From assembly GCA_964626665.1 (NCBI GenBank), contig CAZVGK010000007.1, forward strand, positions 39,533 through 103,532: a DNA stretch of 64,000 nucleotides. Direction: 5' to 3'. The translations under genes were made by a program, and so were the position numbers. This DNA is from an uncultured Gemmatimonadota bacterium (GTDB taxonomy: Bacteria; SM23-81; DAOVCL01). Position 1 is the first letter of the stretch. Each line of letters opens with the position of its first letter. The notes beneath the pieces were generated by a model, which was given only the letters and a program-made list of their open reading frames with translations, made no database searches and was not told the origin of the DNA. Below, in pieces: positions 41,210 through 50,431 of the stretch.

Positions 41210-42043
41210 ATGAGGGAAGAACGGACAAAGCTCCTCCTGACCTGGCTGGGGTTATCCTTTATGGTTATCTTCTGCCTCACCCCCTTTTTCTTTATGATAA
41301 TGGTCTCTCTGAGCAAAGACCCCACATTCCTATCCTTGCAGAAGGTTAAATATCTCCTCACCCTAAGGAACTATATTCACATCCTGAGAGCGGGATCGCT
41401 TCACTTCCCCGCCTACTTGAGAAATAGCCTGATCATCTCCGCCCTGGTGGCAATCTTTGCCACATTTGTGGCCGGGCTGGCTGCCTATGCTTTTTCCAGG
41501 TATCGTTTTCCGGGAAGGGTTCTCATCCCCCTGGGAGTCTTGGGAATCTCTATGTTCCCCCAGATAAGCGTAGTGGGCTATCTTTTCAAGATAATGACGG
41601 GATTGGGCTGGATAAATACCTATAATGCCTTGATTTTCCCTTATATAGCCTGGGCCTTACCCCTTGCCCTCTGGATAGTCCTGAGCTATTTTATGCAGAT
41701 CCCCCAGGAGCTGGACAGGGCCGCCTTGGTGGATGGGGCGTCCCGATTTCAAACCCTCTATAAGATAATCTTCCCCTTGGCATTACCAGGGCTCTTCTCC
41801 ACCGCATTGTTGGTCTTTATCTTCTCCTTCAATGAGTTTCTCTTTGCCCTGATGCTTACCACAGACCAGGCGGCCAGGACCATTCCGGTGGGGATTGCCC
41901 TCTTCCAAGGCCTCCATGGAGAGATACCCTGGGGGCATATTATGGCGGCTTCCACAATTTCCTCCATCCCTCTGGTTCTGCTTACCGTTGGCTTTCAGCG
42001 CTATATCATTCAGGATTTAACCAAAGGGGCATTGAAGGGATAA
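41210..42043 (+). CDS. Sugar ABC transporter permease (MalG-like)
   Basis: NSLIIS, AAYAFSR, IPQELDRAALVDG, FNEFLFAL, FQRYII; ATG 41210. Confidence 0.92.
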   Translation: MREERTKLLLTWLGLSFMVIFCLTPFFFMIMVSLSKDPTFLSLQKVKYLLTLRNYIHILRAGSLHFPAYLRNSLIISALVAIFATFVAGLAAYAFSRYRFPGRVLIPLGVLGISMFPQISVVGYLFKIMTGLGWINTYNALIFPYIAWALPLALWIVLSYFMQIPQELDRAALVDGASRFQTLYKIIFPLALPGLFSTALLVFIFSFNEFLFALMLTTDQAARTIPVGIALFQGLHGEIPWGHIMAASTISSIPLVLLTVGFQRYIIQDLTKGALKG

Positions 42044-42254
42044 CCCCGGATTAGGCAACAAGGAACCACGAGATAATGTGCTGTCAGGAGTTACCTCCTG
42101 ACAGCCCTTGAGACCTCTGGTTGTGCTGGTAGGGCTCTGCCCTGACGGAAATGGTTCTACCGCACTTTAGTGCGGATTATTATGGAGTGCGTCAACCCTG
42201 TTGACGTGGGCTGTGACAGGAGTCACAGCACTCCAAATAGACTATCCGTCCGAG

Positions 42255-42355
42255 CCGTCAGAACCCTTGTTCTGACGACAAAGGAGAAGGTGGGAGAAAA
42301 GGGAAATAAGTTGGTAATTTGGAAAGTCAAGACTAAAGATGTGACCCCATATTTC
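42255..42355 (+). repeat. 101-bp direct repeat, copy 1
   Basis: Matches 45993-46093 with about 8 mismatches by eye; ends AAGATGTGACCCCATATTTC. Confidence 0.85.
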
Positions 42356-42688
42356 ACCATATTTCTCCACCTTATTTGCCCAAATGACCCACATTGTAGG
42401 GGTTTGATTCATCAAACCCGCTGCGGTGAACGAGGGGTTTGGAGTGAATCCCGAATTATCGGAATTCCACTTGACTTTTAATTGAATTTGTGGTAATTTT
42501 ACGTTTCGGAATTTCTAAGAAATTCAAAAACGTAGGGGGATGTTTGAAGGGGGTATGCCCCCTTCAAGGGTGACAGCGGAGCAATCCGAGCTGGCGTAGG
42601 ATTGCGGAGCGCCATAGGGCCGGTGAGGCCCTCTGGAGAAGTTAGCGACCGTAAGGGAGCTAAGTTCTGGATAAGGAGGTGATTGAAG

Positions 42689-42937
42689 ATGAAAACTCAA
42701 ACCCTGATGCAACAGCTTGAAGGTTTTGAAAAGGATATGGATTGGTTAAACAGTAGGTATGAGGAGCTGAAGAGTAAATATCCGGATGAGTTCGTGGCAG
42801 TTTTAAGAGAAAACATTGTAGATCATGATAGAGATTTGAGCAAGCTGATGGGCAGATTAGAAACCAGATTTCCCGAGGATTTCCCAAGAATTGCGATAAA
42901 GTTTGTGAGCACAAAGAGAGTTGAGTTGATCCTATGA
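42689..42937 (+). CDS. Small DUF5678-like protein
   Basis: RBS AAGGAGGTG; W...YEELKSKYPDEFVAV..IVDHD..L; ATGA overlap with next gene. Confidence 0.7.
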   Translation: MKTQTLMQQLEGFEKDMDWLNSRYEELKSKYPDEFVAVLRENIVDHDRDLSKLMGRLETRFPEDFPRIAIKFVSTKRVELIL

Positions 42938-43392
42938 AAATCAAAGGGAGCTGGGGTGAGTTTGATGCCCCTTACCTGAGGGGAGCGTTTATTTGTCACA
43001 AACTGAATCTTATGAGATATATCGATCTCTTGATTGACACAGGCGCAAGCAGCACAACTATTTTAGATAATGACGCGCTAAGATTGGGTATAGATTATAA
43101 CAAGATAGAAAAGTTGGCAGAAGGAACAATGGGAATAGGTGGGTCTGTTGACACTTATGTTATACCAGATGTAATGATAGCATTCAGAACTATGGAAGGG
43201 ATCCACAGAGAGAAATTTGGTAATGTATTTGTTGTCAGACACATGCCCAGAAACAGAGAAGAGGAAGAAAGAATAAAAAGAATACCATCACTTTTGGGCA
43301 GGGATTTTCTCAATAAGTACAGCTTATTTTTGAATAGGAAGGATAAGATCGTCACAATTAGTGATAAATCGGGGGCAGCTCTCAGAAAATAG
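42934..43392 (+). CDS. Retropepsin-like aspartic protease
   Basis: LIDTGASST, GIGG flap, SLLGRDFL. Confidence 0.85.
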   Translation: MKIKGSWGEFDAPYLRGAFICHKLNLMRYIDLLIDTGASSTTILDNDALRLGIDYNKIEKLAEGTMGIGGSVDTYVIPDVMIAFRTMEGIHREKFGNVFVVRHMPRNREEEERIKRIPSLLGRDFLNKYSLFLNRKDKIVTISDKSGAALRK

Positions 43393-43423
43393 ATATTGGT
43401 ATCTTTCTGAAGGTTACTTACTT

Positions 43424-43560
43424 ATGGCAAAACCTCTGCGCATTGAGTTGGCCTGGAGCGCTGTATCACCTCACAGACCGAGGGAACGGGCGGTAGGTGA
43501 TCTTTCGCTATGAGCGTGATCGGCGACATCACATGCTTGCGTATGTCAGGGGACCAAGCT
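43424..43560 (+). pseudogene. REP-associated tyrosine transposase (RAYT) N-terminal relic
   Basis: MAKPLRIE, frameshift, PGALYHLTDRGNGR*VIFRYERDR resembles the RAYT N-terminal pattern MARPLRIE.PGALYHV..RGN. Confidence 0.65.
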
Positions 43561-43719
43561 CATGTATCTGGCTCAGAGGTAGAATGGGAGATCAATGTGC
43601 CAATTGGCAAGGAGCTTAGGAGGAATAGATTCTGTGTTCTGGTGTTCTGGGGACACCATACTTGTTTTTTAACATAAGCGTAGAGTGAGAACACGGTCAG
43701 CTCTTGATATTTGACCAAT

Positions 43720-44007
43720 ACTTCTATAGGCTTGTTTAAGACTTAGAATTGATCAGGAAAGGAGGAATCACCATAAAATTGTAAAAACCTTTTTTCCCAA
43801 TTTTCTCCATACTATTTCGTTATTTTCTCAAGCTCATCGGTCGTCCCTTCAACAAATCGCATATCTGTTGCTCGGACCTTTAAAATCTTCATACCTATCA
43901 TCCGTCTAAACGCTTACCTTCCCTCTGAGGAATGCCCTCGGCGCAATCGGTTTAATCCTCTTCTTTCTACTTGTACTCAAGCAAACGGTCGCTTATATTT
44001 TACTCAT
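43720..44007. repeat. Degenerate direct repeat, copy 1 (copy 2 at 45030-45512)
   Basis: Shared blocks TTCCCAATTTTCTCCA, CCCTTCAACAAAT, CGCAATCGGTTTAATCCTCTTCTTTCT, GCTTATATT..ACTCAT. Confidence 0.8.
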
Positions 44008-44405
44008 AGGAAGATATGTCCCCAAGGGTTTTCGATCTTCCTCCTGTATTCGTTGACCAACTTTTGCCTGCCTAAATAGAGGAGAGAGAATCTATGCAGG
44101 ATGGTTAATATGCGGGGTCATCGGCGAGGTTAACCCCAAAAGTTCCTTGACCGTGGGCTCCTGAAAGAGTATATTGGTATGTAGTTGGGAGAAAGATGGT
44201 GATAAGCAAATGCAAATGGATAATGAGGTGGCAGAAGAGAGCTTCTGCCACCTCAAACAGAATTTTTCCGCTGTTATCCAGTCAAGAGCGGGGTGTTATA
44301 CGGAAACCATATGAGCCGTAGTTCGGTAAAAAATATACAACTTGCACACTGGCAGCCAAAAAATAAATTCGAGTATATGTGCTGCCCCACTATAAGGAGG
44401 TAAAA

Positions 44406-44630
44406 ATGAATCCAAACGATATTTCCGTATTCGACCTAAGTCCACCGGAGAAGTTACAGTTGGTGGAAGACCTCTGGGATGATCTCGCGGCTACGCCTTC
44501 AGAGGTTCCTGTGCATGAATGGCAAAAAGAAGAGTTGGCTCGCCGAAAAGCTAACTTGATGAGCAAGCCGGGTTCGGGGCTTTCGTGGGACGAAGTCAAA
44601 CGCAGGATTCGAACTCGCTATGGCCGTTGA
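44406..44630 (+). CDS. Addiction module antitoxin (TIGR02574-like)
   Basis: RBS AAGGAGG; LSPPEKLQLVEDLWDDL, WQKEELARR, SWDEVK. Confidence 0.88.
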   Translation: MNPNDISVFDLSPPEKLQLVEDLWDDLAATPSEVPVHEWQKEELARRKANLMSKPGSGLSWDEVKRRIRTRYGR

Positions 44631-44856
44631 ACTAATAATCGCGCAGGAAGCACAACAGGACGTCGATGAGGCATATAGCTGGTATGAAGATCGTAGACCT
44701 GGCTTGGGGGAAGAGTTTCTTACCTGTGTGGACGCGTGTATTCAGGCGATCTGTCGTGTGCCCGAACTGTATGCCAAAGTCCACGAGAAGATAATCGTCT
44801 ACAGCATCTTTCATACATCCCGGGATTCAAAAAAGTGGAGGGATCGCTTGGTTTGA
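44620..44856 (+). pseudogene. RelE/ParE toxin with probable internal in-frame deletion
   Basis: EAQQDVDEAYSWYE..GLGEEF and IIVYSIFHTSRD present, but the usual RR..L.RFPY..Y segment is absent; 78 aa. Confidence 0.65.
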
Positions 44857-44869
44857 CTTGCCAATCTTC

Positions 44870-44940
44870 GCCGAACCTGTCAGTCCACCTGACTGGTGTT
44901 CCGCTACGCCTCACACCGGCAGGTGACTTTATTGTTAGCA
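44870..44940 (+). other. Integron attC-like site
   Basis: GCCGAAC..GTCCACCTGACTGGTGT-loop-ACACCGGCAGGTGAC..GTTAGCA: imperfect palindrome with bulged bases, directly after the TA pair. Confidence 0.75.
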
Positions 44941-44945
44941 ACTAT

Positions 44946-44979
44946 AAAAAGGGGGAGTAAGTGAGCTCCTCCCTTTTTT
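44946..44979. terminator. Bidirectional terminator-like hairpin
   Basis: AAAAAGGGGGAG...CTCCCTTTTTT. Confidence 0.65.
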
Positions 44980-45029
44980 GTTGGCTCCCCGGGTCAGTGG
45001 GGTCTGCCCTTGACATTGGATAAACACTT

Positions 45030-45512
45030 GCATAGACTTGTTTAAACTTACAAGTAATCAGAGAGGGGAAAGCCCCCCATAAAATTATAAGAACCTGTTT
45101 TCCCAATTTTCTCCACACTATTTCGTGTCTGTCCGGAAATACCCATATTTCTTGTCATTCCGGCGATCTTTAAGCCGGTATCTACTTAAAATCAGTAATG
45201 GATTCCCGCTAACGGTAGGCGGGAATGACAAATTGGGACAGACGATATTTCCTTATTTTCTCAGGTTTATCGGTTGTCCCTTCAACAAATTGCATATCTG
45301 TTACCAAGTATCCATTGTTTGAACCTTTAAAACCTTCATGCCCATCATCCGTTCTAAAGGCCCTCATCCCCTCTGACGTATGCCCTCTCCACTTTGATTA
45401 AACCCAATTCTTTGGGCTTTTTGGTGTGCTCAGAGTATGTCCTCAACGCAATCGGTTTAATCCTCTTCTTTCTGCTTGTGCTCAGATAAGCCGCCGCTTA
45501 TATTCTACTCAT
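45030..45512. repeat. Degenerate direct repeat, copy 2, with MITE insertion and Cdc6-like coding relic
   Basis: Aligns with 43720-44007 apart from an insertion at 45125-45244 and a segment missing from copy 1. Confidence 0.8.
45125..45244. mobile_element. GTGTCTGTCCGG...GGACAGAC MITE carrying a TGTCATTCC...GGAATGACA element
   Basis: Same termini as 20791; absent from the paralogous site near 43820. Confidence 0.7.
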
Positions 45513-45992
45513 TAGTGAAATACGGCTTAAGTTCCCCCCTCAAATCTGCCGATATTATATTTAAAGCCACCAATGATTGAGCGGTCACATGCCCTCATCT
45601 GACCGTTATCGGCCAACCATTAAGTGCTCTTACTTGACGGCACGGGGGATGGTGGCAGAATCGGGGTTCTGCCACCTCGTCTTTGGGATCTTTACTACAA
45701 TCTTGCAAGATCTTGTTTTTTGGGCAAAGTTACTTGGGTGGGTTTGAGTAAGGGCGCAAGGCCTTGCGCCCCTACGAAACCATATCCGTGCTGGTTCTAA
45801 CGAGCCGTGAGAACCCCGATTCTGACGGCAAAGATGGAAGGGGGCGGTTTCTACCGCACTTTAGTGCGGGCCTTCAGTCAATGGCAAAATCCCAATATCA
45901 AATGATGAAAGAACTGTCAAGTCGCTCCGCTCTTCGCAATGACCCATCCTTTGCCCATCATTGCGAGCAAAGCGAAGCAAGCTTTCTCCCCA

Positions 45993-46093
45993 CCGTCAGA
46001 ATCCCTGTTCTGAAGGCAAAGAAGAAGGTGGGAGAAAAGGGAAATAAGTTGGTAATTGGAAAAGTCAAGACCAAAGATGTGACCCCATATTTC
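45993..46093 (+). repeat. 101-bp direct repeat, copy 2
   Basis: Matches 42255-42355. Confidence 0.85.
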
Positions 46094-46280
46094 CGGAGGT
46101 TGTGGTTACGGTCTCCCACAAAACTTCCTTTAATGTCCCTCTCCCTCTAACTCCCCACCCCTGGTAGCCGCAGACTTCAGTCTGCCTATCTGTCAACCTA
46201 CGAGGTTGTGACTACCCTCCCACCAGGGGAGGGAGGATTTGTGCTGTCAGGGCAGGAGTCCTGACAGCACCAAAAAGTAA

Positions 46281-46337
46281 GCAGGGGTCGCTTTTATGCG
46301 ACCCAAATCCTGCGGGCTTGATAAATCAAGCCCCTAC
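46281..46337. repeat. GTAG-type REP doublet
   Basis: GCAGGGGTCGCTTTTATGCGACCC...GGGCTTGATAAATCAAGCCCCTAC; reverse-complement match to 58360. Confidence 0.7.
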
Positions 46338-46687
46338 AAGCAGGTCAATTGCCCTCAGATCAGGAGATACAACAGCTCAGTTAAAGAGACCACGGATAAC
46401 CACGGAAAAGGAAGGCAGAAAACCGTCAGCGTAGAAGCCCTGACAGCACAAAAGGGGGGGAATTGCCGTCAGATGAGGGAATCTGACGGCTCGCTACCAT
46501 TCGGAGTTTAAAATTGATGGATTGCTTCCACCATGCTCCTTGTGGATGTTATCACCCACAAGGAGGTGTTCTTGGTTTATTATAGGAGCTGTAGATGATA
46601 ACATCCACAGCGAGCTCAAGGAGGTTTCCTTCATTTTTAATTCTACATTTTTAATTCTACATTCGAAGCTTCGATAGATTGTTATCC

Positions 46688-49678
46688 TCAAACAAATCTT
46701 CCGCAACAGTTCTTATACTTCTTCCCCGATCCGCAAGGGCAGGGATCGTTCCTCCCTATCTTCTTCTTGACCCTTAGCGGGGCTGGCTTGCCAGTAGGGG
46801 GAGTATGAGGAGTTGGGGTTGAGGAGACAACCCCTTGGGCCTGGGAATGCAGCTCCCTCATCTCCTCCGGCTGCAGGATGGGGGCGATCAATGGCCTTAT
46901 CTGGGCCTTAAATATGACCTCTAACACCTCCTGATTTATCTGATCAAGAAGGCCCAGGAACATATCGAAGGCCTCTCTTTTGTATTCCACCAAAGGGTCC
47001 TTCTGCCCATAGGCTCTCAGTCCTATCCCTTCCTTCAACTGGTCGAGCTCGTAGAGGTGTTCCTTCCACCGCTCATCGATCACTTGCAGGGTAGCCAGTC
47101 TCTCCAGCTCCCTCAGTTGTTCCTCGCCCAACTCTGCCTCCCTACTCTTGTAGGTGGCCAACACCGCATTCTTTACCAACTCCTTTAACCCTAAATCCTT
47201 CCCCTTCTTCCTCTCCACCTCACCAAACTCCACCTCCACCAAGAAGAGCCTCCGCAGCTCCTCATTTAACCCCTCCAAATCCCACTCCTCTGGATAGAGC
47301 TTGGGATCCACATAGGAGGAGATCTTGTTCTCTATCCACTCGGCTATCATCTCCACTATATCCTGGCGGAGATTCTCCCCCTCCAGGGCATGGAGCCTAC
47401 GATCGTAGATCACCTCCCTTTGACGGTTCATTACATCGTCATACTCCAAGAGGTGTTTCCTGATGGAGAAGTTCTGGGCCTCTACCCTCTTCTGGGCCCT
47501 CTGGATAGCTCTGGTGACCATAGGGTGTCTGATCACCTCCCCCTCCTTCACCCCCAACTTATCCATCACCGCGGCTATCCTCTCCGAGCCGAAGAGCCTC
47601 ATCAGGTCGTCATCTAAGGAGAGGTAGAAGCGGGAGGAGCCGGGATCTCCTTGCCGGCCACTTCTTCCCCGGAGCTGACGGTCGATGCGGCGGGCCTCAT
47701 GCCGCTCGGTGCCGATGATGCGCAGGCCACAGGGGACATCCTCCTCACATCTGAGCTCATCGTAATAAGGACAGACCTCCCCCTCTTCTGGAAGGGCAAC
47801 AACCCGACAACCCGGGTGCTTGACCACCCCTGGCCCCAGCTTTATATCCGTTCCCCTACCGGCCATATTGGTGGCGATAGTCACTGCCCCCTTCTGGCCG
47901 GCCAGGGCCACTATCTCTGCCTCCCTCTGATGGTGCTTAGCATTGAGCACCGCATGGGGTATCCCCTGGTGGCGGAGCATGCGGGAAAGGGTCTCAGAGA
48001 CATCTACGGAGACGGTCCCCACAAGCACGGGGTGCCCCTTCTGGTGGAGCCTGGCCACCTCCTTGATGATGGCATTATATTTCTCCCTCTTTGTGCGAAA
48101 GATCACATCATCATAGTCAATGCGGCGCACAGGCTCGTTGGTGGGGATAACTGCCACATCGAGCTTGTAGATCTCCCAGAACTCGTTTGCCTCTGTCTCC
48201 GCTGTGCCGGTCATCCCAGCCAGCTTATCATAGAGCCGGAAGTAGTTCTGCAGGGTGATAGTAGCCAGGGTCTGGGTCTCCCTCTCGATCCTTACCCCCT
48301 CCTTGGCCTCCAGGGCCTGATGGAGACCATCCGAATATCTCCTTCCCGGGAGGAGGCGGCCGGTGAATTCATCAACTATCATCACCTTACCATCCTGAAC
48401 CACATAATCCACATCCTTTTCAAAGAGGGAATGGGCCTTAAGCAGTTGGTTGATGTTGTGGATCTTCTCGCTGCGCTCCGCATACTCCCTGTAGACCTTG
48501 TCCTTTAACCGCGACTTGTCCGTCGGGGAGAGGGAATCATCTGAATCGATGCGGTGGATCTCCACGCTCAAATCAGGCAGGACGAAGAGTTCCCTCTGCT
48601 GAGGGGTCAAAAGCTGGATGCCCTGTTCCATCAGGTTGATGCTGTTCTCCCTTTCGTCGATGCTGTAGTAAAGCTGCTCATCGATCTCCCCCATCCGCTT
48701 ATCCCGCAGATAGTCGTTCTCCACCTTCCCGATGAGTTTCTTTACCCCTTGCTCCTTCAAAAGCTTCATTAGCCTCTTGTTCTTGGGGGCCCCCCTGCTG
48801 GCAGTGAGAATTTCAATCCCAGCTTCATAATCCTTCCCCTCCTTAAGGAGCTCCTCTCCCTCGGCCACCAGCCGGTTAACCAGCACGGTCTGCTTCCTCA
48901 CCATTCCCTTCACCTGGGGATGTAGCTCATCATACCGGTGGGTGGAGACCGAGACCGGGCCGGAGATGATCAGAGGGGTGCGGGCCTCATCGATGAGGAC
49001 CGAGTCCACCTCATCGACTATGGCATAGTAGTGGCCCCTCTGCACCCTGTCCTCCAATCTGATGGCCATATTGTCTCTCAAATAGTCGAAGCCAAATTCA
49101 TTGTTCGTGCCATAGGTTATGTCACAGTTATACTGCTCTTTCCTTTGCTCGGGATCCATCTGGTTTTGGATACATCCGACGGTAAGGCCCAAAGACTCGT
49201 AGATTTTCCCCATCCACTGAGCATCGCGGCGGGCAAGGTAGTCGTTAACGGTAACCAGGTGCACCCCCTTCCCGGTGAGGGCATTGAGGTAAATGGGCAT
49301 AGTGGCTACCAGGGTCTTCCCCTCTCCAGTGGCCATCTCAGCAATCTTCCCCTGATGGAGAATAACAGCCCCCACAAGCTGCACATCGAAGGGGACCATA
49401 TCCCATTCGATCTCGATGCCACTTACCTCCCAACGCTTTCCCACCAACCGCCGGCAGGTCTCCTTAACCACGGCAAAGGCCTCTGGTAGGAGATCATCCA
49501 GGTTCTCCCTCTGGGCCAGCCTCCCCTTGAACTCCTCGGTCTTCCCCGAGAGCTCCCCATCGGATAGCTTCCGCAGCCCCTCGCAGATGGAGTTTATCCT
49601 CTCCACTGTGGGGAGGACCTTCTTGACATCCCTCTCCTGCTTGGAGCCGAAGACCTTTGTCAGCACCTTACCGAACAT
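46688..49678 (-). CDS. secA: Preprotein translocase ATPase SecA
   Basis: AEMATGEGKT, VTVNDYLA, VDEVDSVLIDEARTPLIISG, ATNMAGRGTDI, QLRGRSGRQGDPG, GRNDPCPCGSGKKYKNCC. Confidence 0.98.
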   Translation of the reverse strand: MFGKVLTKVFGSKQERDVKKVLPTVERINSICEGLRKLSDGELSGKTEEFKGRLAQRENLDDLLPEAFAVVKETCRRLVGKRWEVSGIEIEWDMVPFDVQLVGAVILHQGKIAEMATGEGKTLVATMPIYLNALTGKGVHLVTVNDYLARRDAQWMGKIYESLGLTVGCIQNQMDPEQRKEQYNCDITYGTNNEFGFDYLRDNMAIRLEDRVQRGHYYAIVDEVDSVLIDEARTPLIISGPVSVSTHRYDELHPQVKGMVRKQTVLVNRLVAEGEELLKEGKDYEAGIEILTASRGAPKNKRLMKLLKEQGVKKLIGKVENDYLRDKRMGEIDEQLYYSIDERENSINLMEQGIQLLTPQQRELFVLPDLSVEIHRIDSDDSLSPTDKSRLKDKVYREYAERSEKIHNINQLLKAHSLFEKDVDYVVQDGKVMIVDEFTGRLLPGRRYSDGLHQALEAKEGVRIERETQTLATITLQNYFRLYDKLAGMTGTAETEANEFWEIYKLDVAVIPTNEPVRRIDYDDVIFRTKREKYNAIIKEVARLHQKGHPVLVGTVSVDVSETLSRMLRHQGIPHAVLNAKHHQREAEIVALAGQKGAVTIATNMAGRGTDIKLGPGVVKHPGCRVVALPEEGEVCPYYDELRCEEDVPCGLRIIGTERHEARRIDRQLRGRSGRQGDPGSSRFYLSLDDDLMRLFGSERIAAVMDKLGVKEGEVIRHPMVTRAIQRAQKRVEAQNFSIRKHLLEYDDVMNRQREVIYDRRLHALEGENLRQDIVEMIAEWIENKISSYVDPKLYPEEWDLEGLNEELRRLFLVEVEFGEVERKKGKDLGLKELVKNAVLATYKSREAELGEEQLRELERLATLQVIDERWKEHLYELDQLKEGIGLRAYGQKDPLVEYKREAFDMFLGLLDQINQEVLEVIFKAQIRPLIAPILQPEEMRELHSQAQGVVSSTPTPHTPPTGKPAPLRVKKKIGRNDPCPCGSGKKYKNCCGRFV

Positions 49679-49781
49679 GAACTTAGCTCCCTTTGGTCGC
49701 TAACTTCCCCGAGGGTCTCACGACCCTAATGACTTATCACTCAGATCACATTACTGTTTGCATATTGCCGTCATTTCATTG

Positions 49782-49961
49782 GTCATTGCGAGGAGTCCCG
49801 AACCCATTCGGGACGACGAAGCAATCTCTTAGTCTAATCAAGTATTCGGTGTTTTCAGATTGCTTCGCTCCGCTCGCCCCGTTAGATATCGATGAGATCT
49901 TAGAGATCTCAGGAGAATCTGACATTGAGAGAGATTATTATCTAACGGGGCTCGCAATGAC
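49782..49961. repeat. GTCATTGCGAG...CTCGCAATGAC element interrupted by a CCCCGTTA MITE
   Basis: Same arms as 20825; half copies at 50104, 55714, 62591. Confidence 0.7.
49877..49950. mobile_element. CCCCGTTAGATA MITE with 4-bp CTCG target duplication
   Basis: CTCG|CCCCGTTAGATA...TATCTAACGGGG|CTCG. Confidence 0.8.
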
Positions 49962-50431
49962 ATGCAATCTACTTGGTGGCCTCAGTAGTGTATTAAAGAT
50001 AAACCCCAAGGGAAAATTTAGCAAGACTTTTTTCAGGGGAATATGTTCCCTGGTGGCCTCCACAAGGTTCTTCTGCTCGTTGGGGATATTATCATCCCCA
50101 ACTGTCATGGCGAGGGCAGAAGCCTGAAGCAATCTAAGTCCAAGTTCCTTTCATCCTTTTTAGAACCCCGTCTCTCTAGCTCCCTCCCGCCAGGGGAGGG
50201 AGGATTATGAGGTGATTACATTCAGCCGCACCCCTAACAGTGGGTGAATGGGCAAAGGCGAATCTCTCATTACAGGACGCAATAAACCGGGGATGGGACA
50301 ATCTCCGGAAGGACAAGGAAAGACAAAATTTTAGATAATACCTTAAATCCCCTGAAACTTCTGCAACTTTGGTGGGTTAGATAAGTAAATAAGGGCTTGA
50401 CTTTTTGCCCCGGAGTGCTTATTTTTAAACT

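Noticed and set aside
42170-42481. ORF sharing a peptide with 45764..46150
   Set aside because: The similarity comes from the 101-bp direct repeat; both ORFs are repeat mosaics without RBS
42530-42670. Novel structured ncRNA upstream of the DUF5678-like gene
   Set aside because: Hairpins are present, but TTAGCGACCGTAAGG recurs near 25942, so it is more likely another repeat mosaic
47651-48508. 285-aa plus-strand ORF
   Set aside because: Antisense shadow of secA
49693-50127. 144-aa ORF upstream of secA
   Set aside because: Translation runs through GTCATTGCGAG and CCCCGTTA elements; treated as chance open frame
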